This document shows, piece after piece, positions 10,255 through 16,782 of a stretch of 32,000 bases of DNA (the stretch's first letter is position 1; every line of letters starts with the position of its first letter). The stretch is from assembly GCA_963968475.1 (NCBI GenBank), contig CAXAHE010000002.1:14250-46249 (forward strand), in the 5' to 3' direction. The translations under genes were made by a program, and so were the position numbers. Under the pieces are notes generated by a model. It worked only from the letters and a program-made list of their open reading frames with translations. It did no database searches and was not told the DNA's origin. The stretch is from an uncultured Candidatus Poseidoniales archaeon. GTDB lineage: Archaea > Thermoplasmatota > Poseidoniia > Poseidoniales > Poseidoniaceae.

Positions 10255-11022
10255 ATGCGAATTGTATCGCTTGTGCCAAGTTTGACAAAAACACTAGCAG
10301 ATTTAGGATTACCCAAAGAACATCTTGTTGGCAGAACGCCTTGGTGTATCTATCCAGAGGAGTATGTACTGGAGATACCAGTTGTTGGAGGAACAAAAAC
10401 TCCGAATATCAAAAAAATAGTGGCCCTCAATCCAGATCTTGTCATTATGGATAAAGAAGAAAATCCTCTTGAGGTGTTTAATGAACTTGACAAAATGGGA
10501 ATTGAACGTTTTGTTTCAGAGGTCGAATCGCCAAAAGATGTCCCATACATGCTCCGTTCACTTGGAAAAAGAATTGATTGCGAAAAAATGGGTGAAACAT
10601 TCGCTGCATCTATTGAACTTGAATTAGAACAAGAGACCGCAAAGAATGGTCCAAAGGTTGCAGCTATGATTTGGCATGAGCCTCTGATGTGTGTTTCGCC
10701 AACACGCTATTCGGGATCTCTACTGGAACAATGTGGATTCATTATCCCTGATTTTGAACCAGATGGAAATGGATACCCAGTCGTTACGACGAAGCACCTC
10801 ATCGAACATAACATCGAAGGAATGCTTCTCTCAAGCGAGCCTCACAATTTCGCACTTGAGGAAGGAGAGGCCATTTCTGGAAAAGTTGTTCGAGAAGGTG
10901 GGCCCAAAATTTGGAATGAGTGCATCGATGGAGAAGCGCTCACATGGTTCGGAACATACACGTTGTACGGGCTGAAACACTTCAGGGCTCTTTGCGAGGA
11001 TTTGAAAATGAAGGCTTCTTAG
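10255..11022 (+). CDS. Signal-less periplasmic-binding-protein type 2 (BtuF/TroA-like, cobalamin/metal-chelate binding fold) protein, predicted cytoplasmic
   Basis: 255-aa ORF with ATG 9 nt after the ileS stop. It starts directly with the mature-domain strand RIVSLVPSLTKTLADLGL, then VGGTKTPNIKKIVALNPDLVIMDKEEN, typical of BtuF-like class III binding proteins. No signal peptide or lipobox. Confidence 0.6.
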   Translation: MRIVSLVPSLTKTLADLGLPKEHLVGRTPWCIYPEEYVLEIPVVGGTKTPNIKKIVALNPDLVIMDKEENPLEVFNELDKMGIERFVSEVESPKDVPYMLRSLGKRIDCEKMGETFAASIELELEQETAKNGPKVAAMIWHEPLMCVSPTRYSGSLLEQCGFIIPDFEPDGNGYPVVTTKHLIEHNIEGMLLSSEPHNFALEEGEAISGKVVREGGPKIWNECIDGEALTWFGTYTLYGLKHFRALCEDLKMKAS

Positions 11023-11030
11023 CCTACACC

Positions 11031-12428
11031 ATGCGCAGGCAACTTCTCGCTATGTTTGTTCTTTGCAGCATGCTTCTTGCTGGGTGTTTTGGCTCAGGGG
11101 AATCCGTTGTCGAAGAAATCGAACAGACTTCAATATGGGAAGGCTACGCTCTTATCGACCAACAAGGTCATGAAACCCCAAAGAACTTCATGACACTTGA
11201 TCTTCGAACCAACCAAAGCACAAACATGACTTGGGCAGTGTTCGATGCAACAAAGGGAGGAAATTGTTGTGAGCATTATCTTGCGACATCCATTGATGGC
11301 TCGATATTCAACATCGGAGGAGAGTATCCTGTGTGGTCTGTTGACAGAGGGCATGAATGGGATACGTGGATGCCAGGAGTCACTCCCGACATCCAATGCC
11401 GCACATTTATACCTACAAATCCTGGACAGGAAGGCCTCGGCGAGGGCAGCATTGTACAAGCAACAAACGGTGACATCATCTCAATGTCGTGGTTCCCTTA
11501 TGCTGGAGGGGATTTGAAAATCGATAAATTCTATGCGATTTTATACGATCAATCAGAAATGGAATGGAAATGGTGCTACAACCGAATTACTGAACCATTC
11601 TATGATCGAAGTTGGCAGGTCGAAGTTGTCGGACCTATTTCTTCTTCGTTTGGAGATGGAGAATGGGCTTCATTGGTCGTCTCAAATTTCTGGCATCAAA
11701 CTCAAAATGCAGGTGGACAAATCTCTGTAGACGGTTTGAACTATTATCCAATACAATTCCCTGGCCGTGGGTCATCTCAACCCTCGATCGATGTTGATCT
11801 TGACTTTATGAACGAAACCTTAGACCCTTATTGGGACGTAAACAAACCCCACAAGGAAATGCGTGCATTTGCATTACCAAGTGGCGGATTATTGTTCCCT
11901 CAGTATTTCGACAATGGAAATGCCGCCTTCCTTGATACAACACTCTCATGGAATGAACTCGCAGTTCAATTTCCGAGTGAATACTGTCACCTTGATTCAA
12001 CAGGTTCAATCCATTGCGTAGCCAATTCTGGAAACTCCCTCACCCATTATCTCTCGCAAGACGGAGCCATGACATGGACAAACCATACCTATGACATGTC
12101 CCCTGTGGCTTCTGGGATAGAAGAATGGGAATTCCAGGGCAATGGAAAGCATGATTTGTTCGTCCTCAATGTTCGATACCAATCCAGTGAAGGGCCGGAT
12201 GTCGATGTCGTCTATCATACACGAGATTACAGCCAAGATCTTTCCCCAGACACGTTGTCATACATTGGGCAGGGTGATCTCGATTCAACTTCGGGAGCGG
12301 GCAACGATATCCGTTTTGATTTTGCAAGTTTAGCCATACTTCCAGATGGAGGTGTTGTCGTAGCCTATCATGATTCAACCGATGTTGACCCGTTGTTTGC
12401 TGTTGAACTGCACTTGCCAGAAGTCTAG
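11031..12428 (+). CDS. Secreted lipoprotein, Asp-box (BNR)/sialidase-fold-like beta-propeller, function unknown
   Basis: The track ORF starts at a GTG (10920) overlapping the upstream gene. The ATG at 11031 gives MRRQLLAMFVLCSMLLAGCFGSG, a signal peptide plus lipobox with Cys19. Asp-box-like motifs: SVDRGHEW and SQDGAMTW. Propeller-like ending LAILPDGGVVVAYHDS. Confidence 0.7.
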   Translation: MRRQLLAMFVLCSMLLAGCFGSGESVVEEIEQTSIWEGYALIDQQGHETPKNFMTLDLRTNQSTNMTWAVFDATKGGNCCEHYLATSIDGSIFNIGGEYPVWSVDRGHEWDTWMPGVTPDIQCRTFIPTNPGQEGLGEGSIVQATNGDIISMSWFPYAGGDLKIDKFYAILYDQSEMEWKWCYNRITEPFYDRSWQVEVVGPISSSFGDGEWASLVVSNFWHQTQNAGGQISVDGLNYYPIQFPGRGSSQPSIDVDLDFMNETLDPYWDVNKPHKEMRAFALPSGGLLFPQYFDNGNAAFLDTTLSWNELAVQFPSEYCHLDSTGSIHCVANSGNSLTHYLSQDGAMTWTNHTYDMSPVASGIEEWEFQGNGKHDLFVLNVRYQSSEGPDVDVVYHTRDYSQDLSPDTLSYIGQGDLDSTSGAGNDIRFDFASLAILPDGGVVVAYHDSTDVDPLFAVELHLPEV

Positions 12429-12431
12429 ATC

Positions 12432-12463
12432 GGGCTTATTTTGAGGGTTATCCTCAAAAGCCC
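12432..12463 (+). terminator. Stem-loop immediately after the ileS/BtuF-like/lipoprotein gene string (putative transcript 3' end structure)
   Basis: GGGC-TTA-TTTTGAGG gttat CCTCAAAA-GCCC: an 8-bp perfect stem plus 4 GC pairs across a 3-nt bulge, with a 5-nt loop. It starts 4 nt after the TAG at 12426-12428 and contains a T4 run. It is the strongest intergenic hairpin in the window. Confidence 0.4.
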
Positions 12464-12483
12464 TTGACAAACGATGTAGTTGT

Positions 12484-14475
12484 ATGGTGCTTGCTACATT
12501 ACCCGGTATCGGTGAGAGACTGATGAAACGACTTGATGACCACTTTGGTGGTCGTGATGAAGTCATGCAAACGTTACAATCAGGAGATATCTCACGAATT
12601 GCAGAAGTAGAAGGTATCTCAGTAAAGCGAGCGTTACAACTTGCAAGACAGGTTCATGGAACCGATGGCACCTTCCTTGCCACAAAAGAATCTGAGCGCC
12701 TGCACTCACAGTTAATCCAATCGCTGCAATCGTTTTCGTCCTGTTCTGCAACATCTTCGCGAATGCAGATGTTGATGCCGATGCATGATATCGAGCAACG
12801 TAGAACACGTTGTGTTGAAATGATGAACTTAGCGAAAGTGGATTTACAGGCTTACGAGCGATTGCAAATGATCTTCAAACAATTAGGACATGCCAGAAAA
12901 CCAAGTCAAAGATACGAGAGAGTTGTTGTGTCCCGGGATGAACAACCAGAGTGGGCGTCGTTTGTACGAGTATTACAGCCCAGTCCAAGTGAGAAATGGA
13001 ATGATTATACCGTCTTCAAAACAGTTACTTGGATTGGAAATGATGGTCCCGATGAAGTACCACCCGGCTGGTTGGTTCTCCCTGCAAATGCTGAGAAAGA
13101 AATTATGGTTCCTGAGTATACCATTGATTGGTTCAAGAATAACAGAAAGGTCCTTTCAAGTCTGATTCAACTCCTTCAATGGAAGCAAGAATGGAAAGGA
13201 ACACTCCCCCCAGTTTTGGAGCACATTTTTGCATCAACAAACGGATTAGAAGATCTTTCAGCATTGGTTTCTATGCTTGGAGATGCTGGTGATATCGAAA
13301 GTATGGAACATGTTCGAGATAGGCTTTGGAAGACCTCAAAATCACTTGAAGAATCTCTTAACAGCCGCATCGCTGAGGGAATGGAAACCGCTTCTCTCGA
13401 TTTATCTGGCTCCGATATGCTTGCTGCATTAGCGGATGCTGCCACCTTCCAAAGAAAATTAGCCCAGGCAACTGAAAATGTCATCGATGAAGCATTACAA
13501 GAAGGACGAAAGGAAATGGCTGAATATCTTCAAGTCTCTGGAATCAATTGCCCACATGATTTGTACTCATCATCATGGCCAGTCAAAATAAAACGTCCTA
13601 CACTCGATCAAATCGATGCTGAACTCGAAAGGCGTATCAATGATTCAAGAAGTGAGCATCTTGTTCGCTCATCCCGGAAACTCGCTGCTCTAAAACCAAA
13701 ATGTGAAGTTGCTCTACGAACACTCATCGAACACGATATGTGGTACAGTATTTCTCGATGGGCTTTGCATCATCAGGCCGAACTACCAGAACTTGTGAGT
13801 CATGGGATTTGGTTTGAAGATGGAAGACACCTTTTCATCGAGGGCATTGCTCAACCCGTTTCTTATGGCCTTGGAGACGTTGCACCAAATGGCGACCGTC
13901 AGCCAATTGCGTTACTCACCGGTGCAAATAGTGGTGGTAAGACGACACTGTTGGAACTCGTTGGACATATCACCCTCCTCGCCCATATGGGATTACCGGT
14001 TCCGGCCAAAAATGCGTTTGTTGGTCGAATCGAATCACTTCACGTCCTTGCAAAATCAGGAGGTACTCAAAGTGCTGGAGCGCTGGAAACAACCTTGGTG
14101 GAACTTGCACAAGTTGTTTGTAATGATACTCCTAAGTTGATCCTCGCTGATGAACTTGAAGCGATTACAGAACCAGGAGCTGGTGCTCGGATCATCGCAG
14201 GTATGTTACGAGCCGCCCAACAACAAGCCAAGACGACAATGGTTCTTGTTACACATTTAGCACCTGCAATTCTTGAGGCGTATGGGGGATCTGGCCTTCG
14301 AGTCGATGGGATTGAAGCCAATGGATTAGATGAACATCTCGAATTGATAGTGGATCGAACTCCAAAAAGAAATTGCCTTGCCCGTTCAACACCCGAACTT
14401 ATTGTTCGAAGATTGGTTGAACGTTCAAATGGTTCCGCAAAAGACGTCTTTACAGACATCCTTTCATTGTTCTAA
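12484..14475 (+). CDS. MutS-family ABC ATPase lacking a mismatch-recognition domain, with N-terminal helix-hairpin-helix motifs (archaeal MutS5-like)
   Basis: 663 aa. Walker A LLTGANSGGKTTLLE, Walker B LILADELEAITEPGAG, MutS domain V-like HMGLPVPA. N-terminal HhH-like LPGIGERLMKRL and VEGISVKRALQLA. I see no GxFYE-type mismatch motif and no C-terminal Smr domain. Confidence 0.8.
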   Translation: MVLATLPGIGERLMKRLDDHFGGRDEVMQTLQSGDISRIAEVEGISVKRALQLARQVHGTDGTFLATKESERLHSQLIQSLQSFSSCSATSSRMQMLMPMHDIEQRRTRCVEMMNLAKVDLQAYERLQMIFKQLGHARKPSQRYERVVVSRDEQPEWASFVRVLQPSPSEKWNDYTVFKTVTWIGNDGPDEVPPGWLVLPANAEKEIMVPEYTIDWFKNNRKVLSSLIQLLQWKQEWKGTLPPVLEHIFASTNGLEDLSALVSMLGDAGDIESMEHVRDRLWKTSKSLEESLNSRIAEGMETASLDLSGSDMLAALADAATFQRKLAQATENVIDEALQEGRKEMAEYLQVSGINCPHDLYSSSWPVKIKRPTLDQIDAELERRINDSRSEHLVRSSRKLAALKPKCEVALRTLIEHDMWYSISRWALHHQAELPELVSHGIWFEDGRHLFIEGIAQPVSYGLGDVAPNGDRQPIALLTGANSGGKTTLLELVGHITLLAHMGLPVPAKNAFVGRIESLHVLAKSGGTQSAGALETTLVELAQVVCNDTPKLILADELEAITEPGAGARIIAGMLRAAQQQAKTTMVLVTHLAPAILEAYGGSGLRVDGIEANGLDEHLELIVDRTPKRNCLARSTPELIVRRLVERSNGSAKDVFTDILSLF

Positions 14476-16275
14476 TCAACATTGGCGACTTGTTTCGCCA
14501 CCGTATTCAATCATTGGAACTTGGAAGAGATCGCCACAAGGACGATCGACGATTGGAAGGGTTAAGGTGCTTTGAGTCCAATCAATTGTAACCCCACCTG
14601 ATGCCATTGGAGATGGGATGTAATCCTCACCAGTCTGGGAAACTGTTAGGAGAATTCCATCGCCTGGTTGTAAGATAACGTCCATCGGCAAGAATTCCAT
14701 GAGCGCATTAACCGATACGAACGGAGTAAGCACTTCTTGACCATCTCTTCCACCTGCGTGGAATCGTAGGTCCATTACAGCATGACCTAGATGCATCCCC
14801 GTACCATCAGTCATTTCGATGAAGAGATGTCCTCCAGTCAATCCCGGTGTTGCATCAATATGGAAGGTTGGCATACCAACAATTCGGGTTTCCTCTTCAA
14901 ACGGTCCGTAACTCAGCGTAACACTGCTTGTTGCAGATACTGTAGAGCCTGATGGCGATAAATCACCGCCAATCAATTCAAGATTTTCGACATCCATCGG
15001 AGGATAGGTTTCTTCAAATCGCCATCCACCTTGATTGTCTTGCATTTCAACACCTAAGGTTGGAGCACGACCTTCCCCTCTCAGGTACCAATCGAACCAA
15101 TAGAGCATTTCATCCGCCCAATCCCAACGTAGAGTGTACGGATATGCTTCTTCTCCACGACCAGGACTCAAGGCACTATGTCCTTCGAGTCGATCAGGAT
15201 AATCATGAGCCCATTGTCCTGCCAGAGTTTTTACTTCAATACCAGCGTCTTCAACAATTTGATGAGCAGGGAAGGTCATGTGAGGATCAACATTCCAATC
15301 CTGCATTCCTTGAATAATGTACACCGAACCATTGTAATTTTCAACGACTCTGTCTAAGAATGAGCGTTCAGTCCAGTAACTGTTTCCAGCATAGTTTACC
15401 ATTCCCCCGCTGAGATATGCAGCAGGACCATTGGCGTATCCTTGGATGTATCCTTCGCAAAGGTTGTGACTGTCTTCTGTATCTCCATCGACTCCGAACG
15501 AGCCATAGACTCCATTGTGCATAATCATGCCACGTGCTTCCATACTTCCGTTTCTCCACATGAGTTCATGAACACCGATAAGCCCGGACATAGGAACAAT
15601 TGTAGCAAGATATGGGTTGCCGAATGTTGCTGCTTGCCAAGGGGTTGAGCCATCATAGGATTTCCCAATAATGCCAACCTTTCCGTTTGACCAAGATTGT
15701 GTACCCAGCCACGTAACAGCAGCATCAATCCCACGTTGCTCATCGGTACCCATCAGGTCCATGCAGTGATTCGATTCCCCAGTACCAAATACTGAGACTT
15801 GAGCGACCCCATATCCGTGTGGAACATAGTTCTCAATCAGCATTCTTCCAAGCCGATTTGCTGGAGTTAGAGCATCGACATCACCATCGTTGTAATAAGG
15901 CCCTATTTCAGCAATCACTGGAACAAGACAATCATCCGAAAGATTCTCTGCAGAGCTGTAATCACAGCCTTCAATCACTGGCAACCATAATCCAAGATGG
16001 ACTTCTGCTCCACCAGCAGCACCAGCTCCGCCATCAGCAAGGGTGATACTTGGAACTGGAACATAAACAGATTCAACAGCACCTATTGGATAAGTTCCAT
16101 TGACACTCACTCGAGAAAATACATCTGTATCGTCATATGCAAGATCGGTCCTATCCCAAGGTTCAGGGTAGGAATCCCCATCAACTAAGCTCGATGCATT
16201 TTCCAAGTCTTCACCGAAACAGCCTGTTAGAAGGCTCGGTAAGAGAAGGACTGCCAGTAAAAAGCCGCTTCGCAT
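14476..16275 (-). CDS. Exported lipoprotein, X-Pro dipeptidyl-peptidase / CocE-NonD family (peptidase S15) serine hydrolase
   Basis: 599 aa. [23 protein letters not shown] is a signal peptide plus lipobox with Cys19. Nucleophile elbow [13 protein letters not shown] (GxSYxG). Later MQDWNVDPH and WAHDYP are candidate Asp/His. C-terminal beta-sandwich-like region. Confidence 0.8.
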   Translation of the reverse strand: MRSGFLLAVLLLPSLLTGCFGEDLENASSLVDGDSYPEPWDRTDLAYDDTDVFSRVSVNGTYPIGAVESVYVPVPSITLADGGAGAAGGAEVHLGLWLPVIEGCDYSSAENLSDDCLVPVIAEIGPYYNDGDVDALTPANRLGRMLIENYVPHGYGVAQVSVFGTGESNHCMDLMGTDEQRGIDAAVTWLGTQSWSNGKVGIIGKSYDGSTPWQAATFGNPYLATIVPMSGLIGVHELMWRNGSMEARGMIMHNGVYGSFGVDGDTEDSHNLCEGYIQGYANGPAAYLSGGMVNYAGNSYWTERSFLDRVVENYNGSVYIIQGMQDWNVDPHMTFPAHQIVEDAGIEVKTLAGQWAHDYPDRLEGHSALSPGRGEEAYPYTLRWDWADEMLYWFDWYLRGEGRAPTLGVEMQDNQGGWRFEETYPPMDVENLELIGGDLSPSGSTVSATSSVTLSYGPFEEETRIVGMPTFHIDATPGLTGGHLFIEMTDGTGMHLGHAVMDLRFHAGGRDGQEVLTPFVSVNALMEFLPMDVILQPGDGILLTVSQTGEDYIPSPMASGGVTIDWTQSTLTLPIVDRPCGDLFQVPMIEYGGETSRQC

Positions 16276-16314
16276 GGTTAACGGTTAAGGGACGAACATA
16301 TGACGCTTTGCGCG

Positions 16315-16689
16315 TCATGATGATTCTTCAGCTTCCTGAGCTTCGAGTTCTGCATGTACTTCATCCATGTCGAGAGATTGGAGTTTACCGATAAGATCAC
16401 GAAGCGCATCTTCAGGGAGAGCACCAGGTTGCATGAACACACCAATACCATCTTTGAAGGCTACAGTTGTTGGAATAGAACGGATACCGAAAGTTCCTGC
16501 AAGTGCCTGTTCAGCCTCGGTATCGACTTTTGCAAATACAACATCAGGGAATTCTTCTGAGACACCTTCGAAGACTGGGGCATAAGCCCGGCAAGGGCCG
16601 CACCATTCTGCCCAAAAGTCAATAATTACGAGTTTGTTTTCTTCTATGATTTCATTGAATGAAGATTCATGCATTGCTACGGTCGCCAT
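16315..16689 (-). CDS. trx: Thioredoxin
   Basis: Active site WAEWCGPCRAYAP. The track ORF extends to 16758. I prefer the ATG at 16689 (MATVAMHESSFNEII) because a TATA-like AAATATAC lies about 26 nt upstream of it and the upstream extension has no thioredoxin counterpart. Acidic C-terminal tail. Confidence 0.85.
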   Translation of the reverse strand: MATVAMHESSFNEIIEENKLVIIDFWAEWCGPCRAYAPVFEGVSEEFPDVVFAKVDTEAEQALAGTFGIRSIPTTVAFKDGIGVFMQPGALPEDALRDLIGKLQSLDMDEVHAELEAQEAEESS

Positions 16690-16710
16690 AGGATATCCTG
16701 TAGTTTGGGG

Positions 16711-16718
16711 GTATATTT
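16711..16718 (-). promoter_or_regulatory. TATA-box-like element for thioredoxin (leaderless transcript implied)
   Basis: The minus strand reads AAATATAC, centred about 26 nt upstream of the ATG at 16689. Archaeal TATA boxes normally sit about 26-27 nt upstream of the transcription start. Confidence 0.45.
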
Positions 16719-16782
16719 GTTCATGCTTTCTTCCATGAGGTTGCATCGGCGGATTCATGTGCTGTAACGCAGCCCCAAGAAT

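Noticed and set aside
10920-11030. GTG-initiated extension of the lipoprotein ORF overlapping the 3' end of the BtuF-like gene
   Set aside because: The ATG at 11031 yields a textbook signal peptide plus lipobox. The 37-codon extension overlaps the upstream gene by 103 nt and would bury the signal peptide.
16301-16317. Palindrome TGACGC-TTTGC-GCGTCA overlapping the thioredoxin stop codon
   Set aside because: The stem is only 6 bp. It could be a trx terminator or an operator for the downstream peptidase gene, but it is too short to claim either.
16690-16758. N-terminal extension of thioredoxin (MNPPMQPHGRKHEQIYPQTTGYP)
   Set aside because: It is not thioredoxin-like. It would leave 24 bp of divergent spacer. 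It would also place the TATA-like AAATATAC (16718-16711) inside the coding sequence. The ATG at 16689 fits leaderless geometry.
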